Shown here: one piece after another, positions 10,352 through 21,100 of the stretch
Numbering within the stretch: the stretch's first letter is position 1
Layout of the letters: each line of letters starts with the position of its first letter
IMG/VR virus record: IMGVR_UViG_3300044971_000858
Location: 1 to 54,859 of that record
Reading direction: 5' to 3' (one strand)
Source of the DNA: a virus
Lineage: Duplodnaviria > Caudoviricetes
Length of the DNA stretch: 54,859 nt
Made by a program: the position numbers and the translations under genes
The notes under the pieces: generated by a model
Databases searched by the model: none
What the model saw: the letters and a program-made list of their open reading frames with translations, nothing else
What the model was told of the DNA's origin: nothing

Positions 10352-12369
10352 TGCCAGCAGAAGGATCAGTCTTTGATGGATTCACAAGTATCATCGCGCA
10401 AGACGCAGATACTCATCCATCGTATTTACCAGAGTCTGTAGTATCAGAGTCGGTAAACAGGACATTCCGAGGTGGCATCAACCGAACAAGGCCGAGCATT
10501 CGGAACATCCCGATTATCGCTGGAGCAGACCAACCAGAGACTATCGTTAACGATATTCTTGGTGGTAGCTTCCAAGGTGCGTATCCATATCGTGCAACTA
10601 ACTTTAGAACAAGCGATGGTATTCTGCTATCTGTATCTGGGATTATCTACTTTCTCAAGATCGTAAACAACCGAGCATTTGCCTACAAGGTCATTGAAGG
10701 CAACGATCCGGGCATGATGCACACATGGTTCGTGCAAGCTGAAGATCGGGCATACATCCAAAATGGCTACCAAAATGCTATAGCATGGGATGGAGTATTA
10801 GGAACGCTGACTGCAAGTGAAATCCAGAATGGAGACTACTGCGAGATTGTTTCGCTTGGAGTTGGAACTACAACTACAAACTTCACTCTGATCGGCGCAC
10901 CATCCAATACGATTGGAGTTAAGTTCACAGCAGTCATTACAGATACTCAAAGGGGAACTGGGACAGGGACAGTTAAGCTACCTGCCTACCGACTAAATCC
11001 ATACTTGGCAAAGATGCCGATTGGAACGATCATGGAGTATGCCTTCGGGAGAGTATTCGTAGCTGATAAGTTCAACCAAATCTACGCTTCTGACATCATC
11101 TATGGTGGTGGATTTACCGACACCAAGAATACCGAGAACTTCACAGAGATAGGATACTGGGCAGAGGGCGGGGCGTTCTCAACTCCAGCCATGATGGGGA
11201 ATATCACAGGGATGAAAGTCATGCCACAGATTGGAACTAACCTTCGCGGTCAAGGTGAGCTTGTAGTCCTTACTGGCAATGGAGCATTCTCGATGGATGT
11301 GTCTATCCCAAGAAGCCAATGGAATACATCGAACATCCAACGCATCTCACTCCTTGGGCGCGGATGCACATCGCCATACCTTGGACTCGCCAACTCTGAG
11401 CTTTGGTTTAGATCACACGATGGTTGGGCATTCTATTCTAATAGCCAATCTGAGTTTGCCAGATACTTCTCACTTCGTAAACTATCGAGGGAAGTGAACA
11501 AGTGGGTCGAGAATGATACTCCTTGGCTGAAGCAATTCGCTTCTACGATGTTTTTTGATAACTACATCATCAGCACAGTATCTCCACAGACCTACCGAGC
11601 AGAAGGTGTAGAAGGACTGAATAGGTATCATAGGGGCATGGTAGTTCTCGACCTCGATCAATCTTCTTCACCTGCACCAGACGCACAACTTTCTTTCCGT
11701 TGGAATGGAATTTGGACAGGCATTAGACCAACTCAACTACTGACTGCATTGATCCAAGGTGAGAAGCGCGGATTCGGATTCTCATTCGACGCAGACAACA
11801 AGAACCGACTTTACGAGTTCACAATAGCCCAAGGCGACGACTACGGGCCTAATGGAAGCAGGCAGATTGAATCCTTCTTCACAACTGGCAGGTATGATTT
11901 CAACCGAAGCGGGGCTACCAACAAGTTCCTCCGTAAAAAAATCACTGGTGGAGAAATGTGGATGAGTGAGATTAAGGGACAAGTAGAAAGTGATGTTGAG
12001 TTCCGCGCCGACTCTAATCCTTGCTGGTCAGAACTGAAAGTGCCTACGACATTCGGGTGTGATCCATGCTCGCCTAAAGTAACTGAATGCTTCCCACAAC
12101 GAGGTGGTAATCGCTACAAACGCTACAAGTTTAACACGCCAGACCCAAGCGAGTGCAATGACTTGGCAGGCATCCCATCAGTAGAAGGAAGCGAGTTCCA
12201 GATCAAAGTAAACCTAACTGGAGCAGCTACAGTTGACCGAGTAAGGTTGATGGCAAATATCAAGAACAACGATGACTCTCCAGTAGGAGATTGCCCCGAA
12301 GAAAATCAAGAGTGTGAACCATTTTTGTGTTGCCAAGAGAAATATTGGGAATATAATATCGTAAATTAA
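10351..12369 (+). CDS. Tail nozzle / head-stabilisation protein candidate (T7 gp12 / P22 gp10-like)
   Basis: 672 aa, beta-rich, synteny in podovirus tail module. Confidence 0.6.
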   Translation: MPAEGSVFDGFTSIIAQDADTHPSYLPESVVSESVNRTFRGGINRTRPSIRNIPIIAGADQPETIVNDILGGSFQGAYPYRATNFRTSDGILLSVSGIIYFLKIVNNRAFAYKVIEGNDPGMMHTWFVQAEDRAYIQNGYQNAIAWDGVLGTLTASEIQNGDYCEIVSLGVGTTTTNFTLIGAPSNTIGVKFTAVITDTQRGTGTGTVKLPAYRLNPYLAKMPIGTIMEYAFGRVFVADKFNQIYASDIIYGGGFTDTKNTENFTEIGYWAEGGAFSTPAMMGNITGMKVMPQIGTNLRGQGELVVLTGNGAFSMDVSIPRSQWNTSNIQRISLLGRGCTSPYLGLANSELWFRSHDGWAFYSNSQSEFARYFSLRKLSREVNKWVENDTPWLKQFASTMFFDNYIISTVSPQTYRAEGVEGLNRYHRGMVVLDLDQSSSPAPDAQLSFRWNGIWTGIRPTQLLTALIQGEKRGFGFSFDADNKNRLYEFTIAQGDDYGPNGSRQIESFFTTGRYDFNRSGATNKFLRKKITGGEMWMSEIKGQVESDVEFRADSNPCWSELKVPTTFGCDPCSPKVTECFPQRGGNRYKRYKFNTPDPSECNDLAGIPSVEGSEFQIKVNLTGAATVDRVRLMANIKNNDDSPVGDCPEENQECEPFLCCQEKYWEYNIVN

Positions 12370-12374
12370 ACGCT

Positions 12375-12875
12375 ATGGACAATCAATCTTCGTCTCCAGC
12401 ACTTACATTCCCAAATGTTCCAGATGACTTCTGTCCAACTGGTAACTGGCAAAGTGTATTTCAGCAGTTCATTGATGAGGTTCTTACTAACGGAACTATC
12501 AATGTGCCGGGACTTGGCGATGTAACTCCAGCGCAAGTTGCTCAAATCAACGAAGACCTTGCTGACCAGCAAACGCAGATAACCGCACTTGATACGCGAG
12601 TCGATGCTTTAGAGCCAGCGGTAAAAGTAAGAAGAGGGGTAATACCCGGAGTTCCTCCAGATGACTCAATTCAGACAGTTTCTTTTACTGCACTTCCGGA
12701 TGCAAATTATGCAGTATCAATTACTCCAATCTGCGGAACAAATATTTCAACATCAGCTACTCCATTATTTTCTTTGAATTCTGGAAGCAAAACAACAGCG
12801 GGTTTTTCAATCCGTGTTGAAAACAACATTTCTCAAATAACAAGTATTGAATGGATGGCAGTTCATACTTCGTAA
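12375..12875 (+). CDS. Putative virion protein (short coiled coil plus beta domain)
   Basis: ORF in structural operon. Confidence 0.55.
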   Translation: MDNQSSSPALTFPNVPDDFCPTGNWQSVFQQFIDEVLTNGTINVPGLGDVTPAQVAQINEDLADQQTQITALDTRVDALEPAVKVRRGVIPGVPPDDSIQTVSFTALPDANYAVSITPICGTNISTSATPLFSLNSGSKTTAGFSIRVENNISQITSIEWMAVHTS

Positions 12876-12903
12876 TCAACAAAGCCATAAAGAAAATAAA
12901 CAT

Positions 12904-13068
12904 ATGACACCACTAAAAGGAACTGATCCGAAACTCGTTAGCGGCGGCGCACCTACTCGCGGCATGATCCGTGAAGGTATGGGAAACATGAATCCGCCTA
13001 ACACTGGTAAGAACCCATACTCCAGCGCACCGCTTCCTAAATCTGGAAAGCCCGTTGGCGGAAAATAA
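12904..13068 (+). CDS. Small Pro/Gly/Lys-rich protein
   Basis: A-rich leader, 54 aa. Confidence 0.5.
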   Translation: MTPLKGTDPKLVSGGAPTRGMIREGMGNMNPPNTGKNPYSSAPLPKSGKPVGGK

Positions 13069-13089
13069 TTATCGGAAACGATAATCCCT

Positions 13090-13803
13090 ATGGTAGCTTT
13101 CAACGATAGTTGTTGCTCATCTTCTTTGGATCGCAAGCTCAAGCGCGGCGACACCAGAGAGGATGGCTATCGTTTTAGTAAATTTTATAGAAAGAAAACC
13201 AAATCTGGTGAAGTTAAAACTTACGAGAAATGGTTATCTCCTGCTGCTTGGAAAAAAGAAATAGATAATGTAAGCATTCGTTCTCGTGAGTATAAGTTAA
13301 AAAATAAAAATAACCCAGAATACAGGGCGAGAAAAAAAGCCACAGCTGCAAAATCAAGAAACAAGGAGTCAGCAAAGATTAAACAAGCTGAATACTTTAA
13401 AAGTTACTATCAAAATCCAGAAAAAATAGAGAATAGACGAAAGTATATGCGTAACTATCTTGATAGAAAGAAAAACTATCTAAATAGATTAAAGCATAAT
13501 ATTGGAACTCTAATAAGAATATCTATTAAAACAAAAGGCTTTAACAAGGATACCAAAACAGAAGAAATACTTGGATGTTCTTGGAGCTTTTTTAAATCAT
13601 ATATTGAAGCCAGATTCCAAGAAGGACAGGGTTGGCACAACAGGGACTTGTGGGATATTGACCACATCAAACCTATCAAGTCAGCAAAGACAAAAAAAGA
13701 AGTAATGGCATTAAATCATTATTCAAATCTTCGCCCTCTTTGGAGGAAGGAGAATAGAGCAAAATGGTATAATCCACTTGAGGAACAATTAAACTTAATC
13801 TAA
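13090..13803 (+). CDS. HNH-type homing endonuclease
   Basis: ILGCS...WDIDHIKPI...LNHYSNLRPLWRKENRAK; AT-rich. Confidence 0.8.
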   Translation: MVAFNDSCCSSSLDRKLKRGDTREDGYRFSKFYRKKTKSGEVKTYEKWLSPAAWKKEIDNVSIRSREYKLKNKNNPEYRARKKATAAKSRNKESAKIKQAEYFKSYYQNPEKIENRRKYMRNYLDRKKNYLNRLKHNIGTLIRISIKTKGFNKDTKTEEILGCSWSFFKSYIEARFQEGQGWHNRDLWDIDHIKPIKSAKTKKEVMALNHYSNLRPLWRKENRAKWYNPLEEQLNLI

Positions 13804-13805
13804 AT

Positions 13806-14768
13806 ATGGCTGACACATTAGAAGAAATGGTTGAGATTGTTAAAGGATTTGTGGGTGATTCTGGTGTATGTTCTTATGATAGAGCTGTTAAGGCTGTTAA
13901 TCAAGCTCGTAGATTGTTGTGGAATAAGCGTGCTTGGTCAAGCCAAGAAGAGTATGTCCAGATTTGCTGCGTGAACGATTGCTTCACGCTTCCAGCCCGT
14001 TATGAGCAAATCAAACTTGCTTGGATCGGAAATGAATCTGCCAGTCTCGGGGATGAGTGGTTCAATGCGACCAACGCTTTTGCTCTCCATGCGGATCACT
14101 CATGCCATAGAGGGATCGTAGAAGTAGGAGGACTCCATGTCCTCTTCCGTGACTACACAACGCATCCCTACCAAATCGGAGTAATGGCCGAGGAAGCTGA
14201 AGACATCGGCGTAGAGTTGATGTTTGAAGCGCAAGACCAGTATGACACCTACCACAAGGTTAAGGTAGCCACTGCCAATCCTCCAACGCTGGCAAAGTCT
14301 GATCTCCTTGTGAAAGGAATTCGGTCAGTAACCAAGCCAGTAACTAAAGGTAGGATTCGGGTGTATGCCTACGATACCGCATTGGAAGCAAAGACGCTGA
14401 TAGCAATCTATCAACCGAACGATGCTAACCCAACCTTCCGTAGGTTCAAAGCACCCAAGACCTGCGAGTGTATTACGCTTTACGCATCGAAGAAATACTT
14501 TGATTTGACCGACCCGAAAGAGTTGGTTGAGTTCATCCCAGATGCAATGATCTATGCGGTTCTTGCATTGAACTCGCGTGAGAATCGTAAGGCGCAAGAG
14601 TTCTTGAGTAACCTTGCTTTGGCCGTGCAAGAACAAGAGAAGGAGATGGAAGGCTTAGAAATTCCAACTTGCGCTCCATTGCGGATAGCAAACTATAGTC
14701 GGGCAGACAACCTAATCGGTGCTGATATATTGTCACCAACGCCAAACGATTATTTCCTCTACCGATGA
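13806..14768 (+). CDS. Tail adaptor / tubular protein A candidate
   Basis: 320 aa, synteny, AVNQARRLL N-terminal helix. Confidence 0.5.
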   Translation: MADTLEEMVEIVKGFVGDSGVCSYDRAVKAVNQARRLLWNKRAWSSQEEYVQICCVNDCFTLPARYEQIKLAWIGNESASLGDEWFNATNAFALHADHSCHRGIVEVGGLHVLFRDYTTHPYQIGVMAEEAEDIGVELMFEAQDQYDTYHKVKVATANPPTLAKSDLLVKGIRSVTKPVTKGRIRVYAYDTALEAKTLIAIYQPNDANPTFRRFKAPKTCECITLYASKKYFDLTDPKELVEFIPDAMIYAVLALNSRENRKAQEFLSNLALAVQEQEKEMEGLEIPTCAPLRIANYSRADNLIGADILSPTPNDYFLYR

Positions 14769-15253
14769 CGCTGACAATTCCAGACAAGATTGAAGCAAAG
14801 AGCGTAATTGGATATGGCGATCCAAACTACGAGCTAAACTTGATGGACTTGGAGATTCTGAAACTACCTCCAAGAGAATGTCCGCTGGTGCATAGGTTCA
14901 CTCCGGGTATGTATATTCGGGAAATCTATATGCCGAAGGATACGATTCTCACAACTTTGCTCCATCTGACAACGCATCCATTCTTCATAATGAAGGGTGA
15001 TGTGACTGTCTGGTATCATGGCATCCCTGCCCACCGCTACAAAACAGGCTACAGCGGCATTACAGAAGCTGGAACAAGGCGTATGCTCTACACTCATAGA
15101 GACACAATCTGGACTACTTGCCATGTCACAGACTTGACTGATCCAGACGAAATTATTGACACGATCACTTCAAGAGACTTTAATCCTCACATCGCCAAGG
15201 AAGACCCAAGGGTGCAGAAGTGGCGGCATAACCGAACCGACTTAATCAAATGA
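14765..15253 (+). CDS. Cupin-fold protein
   Basis: HRFTPGMYIRE...LHLTTHPFFIMKG. Confidence 0.6.
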   Translation: MTLTIPDKIEAKSVIGYGDPNYELNLMDLEILKLPPRECPLVHRFTPGMYIREIYMPKDTILTTLLHLTTHPFFIMKGDVTVWYHGIPAHRYKTGYSGITEAGTRRMLYTHRDTIWTTCHVTDLTDPDEIIDTITSRDFNPHIAKEDPRVQKWRHNRTDLIK

Positions 15254-16398
15254 GATTTCTTCTACCAAACCCATTAGGCAACGATAAACATTCTCAGATG
15301 TTTCACTCCAGCGGATTCGCTATTGCTGCTGGCGTGGTAGCTGTAGGTGCAGCAGCGGGTTCGGCGGCTATCTCAATGTCGGCAGCAGATAGGGCAAAGA
15401 AGGGTCAAGGCGCAGCGGCAGGAGCATTTAAGAAACAACAGAGAGAAGCCGTTGCTGGATACGAACAAGGCCAACAACAAGTCAGTAAAATGATTCAAGG
15501 TGTTCAAGCACCACAATATAATTTAGAAGATCAAGAAGTAGTTACTGAAAAAGTTAGATGGGTTGGTAAAGGCAAAAACAAAAGAAAAGTTGTTGATAAA
15601 ATTGTTACCAAAAAACCCGGCATGATTAGTCAAGCTGGCAAGATTTCAGATTACTATCTTCAACAACTTGAGCAATTCCAGCCCGGAGCAGCACAACAAC
15701 GTCAGCAAGCGCAAGCGCAAATCGGGCAAGCGATGGATGTTATTTCCAACTATCTTCGTGGCGATATACCACAAGATGTTAAGGAACAGATCACGCGTAA
15801 TGTTGCCGAGAGTGCAGGAGCGGGATTCAATCCAGCAACAGCAGGGCAAGCTGGAGGATTCCAAGCGGCACAAGGGCAAATGGCGCGTAACCTTGGTTTA
15901 ACTTCATTACAGATTCAACAGACTGGATTGGCAGCAATGCCATCAGTTCAAAACACGGCAATGAACTGGCAGCAGTTGGCGAGGGCATTCACAGCAGAAC
16001 CACTTGATGTAGGAAGACTGCAACTTGGCTACCAAACAGCAGCAGCAGAGGTTGGATTGCAGAAAGCTAAGATGACATCTGATATGTTCTCTAACATCTA
16101 CAATGCTCAGTCTGGTCTTGCTACGCAAATCTACGGAGCGAATAAAGAAAACATCGCCGCAAGTTATGCTGCACAGCAAGCAGTCGGTCAAGGTGTATCT
16201 GACATTGGCAAGGCTACTTCTGGCGCATTGTTTAGTGGGGCAAAGATTAGTGCAGCCAATCAAGGATTAGATATAGGAAGTAACCCTTATGGTGGACAAG
16301 CGGCAGCACAACTTGGTGGATACGGAAGTTTCCCAGAAGCGAAGAAAGTAGCATCAGCATATACACCAGAACGATCAATAGGAAGTATGATTTACTAA
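15250..16398 (+). CDS. Internal virion / ejection protein
   Basis: Ala/Gly/Gln-rich with hydrophobic N-terminus; first of three proteins of increasing size. Confidence 0.6.
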   Translation: MRFLLPNPLGNDKHSQMFHSSGFAIAAGVVAVGAAAGSAAISMSAADRAKKGQGAAAGAFKKQQREAVAGYEQGQQQVSKMIQGVQAPQYNLEDQEVVTEKVRWVGKGKNKRKVVDKIVTKKPGMISQAGKISDYYLQQLEQFQPGAAQQRQQAQAQIGQAMDVISNYLRGDIPQDVKEQITRNVAESAGAGFNPATAGQAGGFQAAQGQMARNLGLTSLQIQQTGLAAMPSVQNTAMNWQQLARAFTAEPLDVGRLQLGYQTAAAEVGLQKAKMTSDMFSNIYNAQSGLATQIYGANKENIAASYAAQQAVGQGVSDIGKATSGALFSGAKISAANQGLDIGSNPYGGQAAAQLGGYGSFPEAKKVASAYTPERSIGSMIY

Positions 16399-16399
16399 T

Positions 16400-18118
16400 A
16401 TGTCTATCGCAGAACTCATAATGACAGGAACCAATCGCGCATCGGAATCTACCGCATGGGTTGGAGATTCTTTGGCTAAACTTGGTCAGAATGTGGGACA
16501 GGCTTTAGCTCAACGCGAGCAGCAGAAGCAAGCGCAGGAGATGCTACCATTCTTGCAGCAGAGTATGCAGGAGTCGATGACACTTGCTGGACAAGGACAG
16601 ACTGGTGAGGCGTATGCGAAGTTGATGCCGTTTATTACAAACCCATCGGTGATAAATAATCCAAATTTGTTGCTGCCAATAGAAACGGCACTAAAGTTAA
16701 ATGAAAAAGCAGCGAATGACTTCTTGAGGCAGAGACAAATTAACGCATATCAAAGTCGTTCTTCAAGAAAATCGGCAGGTGGATTTGAAGTTCCTTCATT
16801 TGAAGAAATGGATGATTCTACTTCATTGGTTGATGTGAATGCGCCAGTCGAAGTAGATACAACTGTTGGCGGCTCTTATGATATTTTAGATCAACAAAAT
16901 TCAGAAAATCTTCCTGTAAATAAACCTCAAAGATTTAGTGCTGGGTTATCAGATCAACAAACTCCATTTTCGTTTGGAATGGAAACTGGCAACGCATCAT
17001 TATATATTGCTGATGAGGAAACAAAAAATAAAGCTGTATCTGCAATTCAAGACTATAAAGCATATACACCAGATCAAAAATCTGAAGTTGTAGGAAAAAT
17101 TGTTGATACAAGTAATCAACCTCCAGCAGATAATATTAGGGTAGACATACCGGGATTCGGGCAAGGCTTTATTACTGGGCCATCAATGGCAAGAGCGCAA
17201 GAGGTTACTGGAGTTAAACGAACTCAAAAAGTTTCTCAAAAATCTGGGCTTGAAAGACAAGAAGAAAAAACATACGGCCAAAAAGAAAAGACTCAAGATC
17301 AACTTGCATTTGAAGGGTTTGCTCAAAACATTGGTGTAGCCTCATCAATGTTCAAACAAAATAAACAACTCCGTGATATTATGGAGATGGCTGGTGGTGA
17401 TATTACGCAAATCACAACTGACGATGATGTGGTTGAAGATGTAAATGGAAAACAAGTTGCAGTTAAAAGAATATTTGTTAAAGGTCAAGATGCTGGAATG
17501 CTTTCTATGGAAAGACCAATGGGTGCTGATGGCAAGCCAGACCCTCGTAGAATGAGTGAAGCACAAGCTGTTGAAACTATTATTGATGCGCCGGGATTGA
17601 TTGAGCGATTTGGATGGAAATTCTACCCACAACAAGGCGAAAAACCCGCCGCAACAGAAACTCCCTCGCAAACTCAAGGTGGACTGCCAGCAACTCAATT
17701 TACTACTACCGCTCCTCAAATCCCAGAAGAGGCGATGGCTCTACAAAAAATAGTTGAGCAAGGACAAGCCGCTAAAGCTGGAGAAACAGCCAAGAATGTT
17801 GAAGCGCGGATTAAGGATATTGACGCACAAATCAAGCGGTTGGGTTCTACAACTATTGAAAGAGGCGGTCGCCTTGCATCTGAAGGAAATATACCTGCAA
17901 GAAGTAAAACATCAGAAGAAGCTCAAGCTGATATTCAAAAGATTACAAATCTAAAAACTGAAAGAGAATTGCTATTTGCCAAAACAGAAAAAGCATATAA
18001 CGCTGCAAAATCTGAAGGTCGTGTATTTCAAAATGCTGACGAAGTGAAATCCAGCAAAAAGAAATTTCCTGCTGGAACGATTATTTATATTGGCAGAGAG
18101 CCAGCAAAAGTGAAATAA
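16400..18118 (+). CDS. Internal virion / ejection protein
   Basis: Gln-rich helical N-terminus; synteny. Confidence 0.55.
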   Translation: MSIAELIMTGTNRASESTAWVGDSLAKLGQNVGQALAQREQQKQAQEMLPFLQQSMQESMTLAGQGQTGEAYAKLMPFITNPSVINNPNLLLPIETALKLNEKAANDFLRQRQINAYQSRSSRKSAGGFEVPSFEEMDDSTSLVDVNAPVEVDTTVGGSYDILDQQNSENLPVNKPQRFSAGLSDQQTPFSFGMETGNASLYIADEETKNKAVSAIQDYKAYTPDQKSEVVGKIVDTSNQPPADNIRVDIPGFGQGFITGPSMARAQEVTGVKRTQKVSQKSGLERQEEKTYGQKEKTQDQLAFEGFAQNIGVASSMFKQNKQLRDIMEMAGGDITQITTDDDVVEDVNGKQVAVKRIFVKGQDAGMLSMERPMGADGKPDPRRMSEAQAVETIIDAPGLIERFGWKFYPQQGEKPAATETPSQTQGGLPATQFTTTAPQIPEEAMALQKIVEQGQAAKAGETAKNVEARIKDIDAQIKRLGSTTIERGGRLASEGNIPARSKTSEEAQADIQKITNLKTERELLFAKTEKAYNAAKSEGRVFQNADEVKSSKKKFPAGTIIYIGREPAKVK

Positions 18119-18125
18119 TCAACCT

Positions 18126-21100
18126 ATGGAATTTGAATTTCTTGGTGAAGTTAGTGGCAAGTCTGAAAAACCATCTACGACAAAACCGAATGATTCTGGA
18201 ATTGAGTTTGAATTTTTAGATGAAGTTACAGAGCAACCATCTGGACTCTTGCGTCAAGCGGCTGATATACCTATTCAGTTTGCCAAGGGTGTAGGTAGTG
18301 CGGTGAGGGGATACACGGATTTGTTTGGCGCGGATAATGAAGTATCCAAATCCATCGCTGGTTATGAGGACTACATGGATAGCATACTCTCTGCTGAATC
18401 AAAGAAAGATTCCAAGCGAGTATCAGAGCTTCTACAGAAGGCTAAAGATGGTGGATTCTTAGATAAGGTTGCGGCGGGATTTGAAGCATTCGCATCTGCA
18501 CCAGCAGAGATGACTGCAAATACTTTGGGGTATATGGTTCCTCAATTAGTGTTTGGTGTGGCAGGCAAGGCCGCGCAGTTGTCTAAAGCCGCGCAGGTTG
18601 GTCTTACTATAGGAACTGGATTTGCCCAAGGTGTAGGTATGGGTAAGGGGAATATCTACCAAGGCACGAAAGACTATCTTCGTGAGCAAGGTGTCCCAGA
18701 AGATCAGATTGAGCCTATCGCTTCACGGGCGCAAGCGTATAATGGCAAAAACTTGGATCAACTTCTTCTCAGCGGTGGACTAAACGCTCTCGCTGCATCT
18801 ACGGGTGCTGAAGCTATCTTGACTCGCGTTCTTTCCAAACAAGGCAAGGATGTTGGTGAAGATATTATCAAAGGCATCTTGAAGGGTGCTGGCGCGGAAG
18901 CTCCAATCGAAGGTGTCCAAAGCGCACAGGAAGCGATTGCTCCTAACATAGCACTACAAAGAGAAGGCTTTAATGTCCCGACATTCCAAGGCGCAATTGA
19001 AAGTGCTACAACTGGAATTGTTGCTGGTGGTCTTATCGGTGGCGCAGCGGGTGCTATCGAAGCTGCGAGTCCAGAGCAGAAGGCTCTTACCGATATTGAG
19101 AAGGAAGCTAACCGCAGGATGCGCGACTTGGAATCTGATAATCCAGCGGCGCAAGCACTCTCTACAGAGATTACAAGGCTGGAGCGGGGCATTGATAACA
19201 AACGACAAGACTTGGATGCACTTGAATCTACTTCACCAGAAGCAAATAGCTTGAGGTTGGACATTGCGGCAGACCAAAAGAAGTTGGCTACACTTAAAAC
19301 TGAAGCTGCCAAGTTTGGATTATCGGAAACGATAACTACGATAGAAGAACAACAGGCAGCGTTAGCAAAAACGATTACCGCACCCGCTGAACCAAAACCA
19401 CTACCGACTGATGTATTGCCCACCGAAACACTGGGCGCAACCTATGGCAGAGAAGAACAAGTCTATGATGTATTCGGAGAGATAACGCGCAAGCCAGTAT
19501 CTATACCTAAACCTGCTGAATTGCCCGCCGCGCCTACGATTGAAGAACAAACCGCAGAGGGAACCTACGGAGGACAGACTGGAGTGTTTGATGTATTCGC
19601 TGGAGCAAGAAGGAAGCCAGTAGTCACCGAGCAAGCTGCACCAGCAGAAGCTCCCGCGCCAGAGATTGCGCCAATTGCAGAACCTACTGTTAAAATTTCC
19701 CGTGGAGAAAATTTCTCTATGGATGGAGAATACAATGTGTCGATTGGGGATAAAAAATATAGGATTTTCAAAGATTCAGAAAGTGGATACTGGTATGATG
19801 CTGGCGTTCGAGAAGATGCTGTAACTCAAGGGAAGGCAATTCAAGGAATGCCTTGGTTGGGACTTCTATCAACGGAAACGCGCAAAGACGCTATCGCTGA
19901 ACTTGTAAATAAATACAAGAAAGAGCCAATCACCCCCGCAGTATCGGAAACGATAACGGAGCCAGTCTCAGTTGAAAATGTAGTCGGCAAGAAGGTGACT
20001 GATTCAATGGGTGCATTGCCTCAAAAGGCAACCAAAGCGAGGGAAGCATTGCAGGGATACACGCCTATTTTCAAGATAGGAGACTTCTATGAATTTATTG
20101 GTGAAGAAGCAGGGCTATCTGGATCAACTGTTGTTGGCACTGGAAAGTCGGCGAGGTCATCACTTCCATATCATCAAGTATCAAAGCTACAAGAAATAGC
20201 AAACAAGACGGGGAAACCTATCGCTATTATCGCAAATACAAAGGTAGCTGAAGTCATTACCCCCGCAGTATCGGAAACGATAACGGAACCAGTAACCCCA
20301 ACCGAAGTTAAGACAACTACAGAACCAACCAAGACATCTCCCGTGGCATCGACAAGTAAGGCTGCTGGTGATGTTGTGAATGAGATTGAAAGGGTAGTTG
20401 ACATCAAGGGTGTAAGAGCAGCAAAACAAATCTTTGATAAAGTAATCCAAACATTAGAGAGTTTAGTCGAGGAATCAAAAGCATCCGCTGGATTTCAAAC
20501 CGTTGAGTTTCGTCCATCCGCGCAAAAGAAATATGGTCTTGGCACAATATTTATTGACGGAGAATATGTAGCTTCAGTTGGAAAATATGGAGATGTTCGA
20601 CCTAATGAGGAATATGAACTAAAAAAAGAACTCCCATCAAGTTTTGATATTCGTGACTTATCTCCTGCGAAACTAAAGCAAAGCATTGAACTTGGGGTTG
20701 CTTCAAAAATAGCAAGAAGGAATAATAAGAATCAAAAGTATATTGTTCACATTCCGGGTGATGGAACTTTTAAGATTGAATCAAATCCAATTGCTGTGGC
20801 TGAAGTTGTTCGCAGAATCAAAACTAACGGGCCTTCAGCGTGGAAGGGAATTTATGAACCAAAACTCGGAGAAAAAGGCGGCGTTCTAATCCCCACCAAA
20901 GAAGACTTCATCCAAGCAGGACAGAACATCTACGAGGCTGGCATGGAGTTTGGTGCTTGGGCTAAACAGATGATCCAGCGATTCGGTGATGCGGTGAGAG
21001 AGTTTCTTGGGGAAGTATGGCAAGCAGTAAGTGGTGCGCCAGCGAAGTTGAATGAACTGATGGGGTATCTTCCAAAGAAGGGTGAGGCAGGTGCAGTCAA

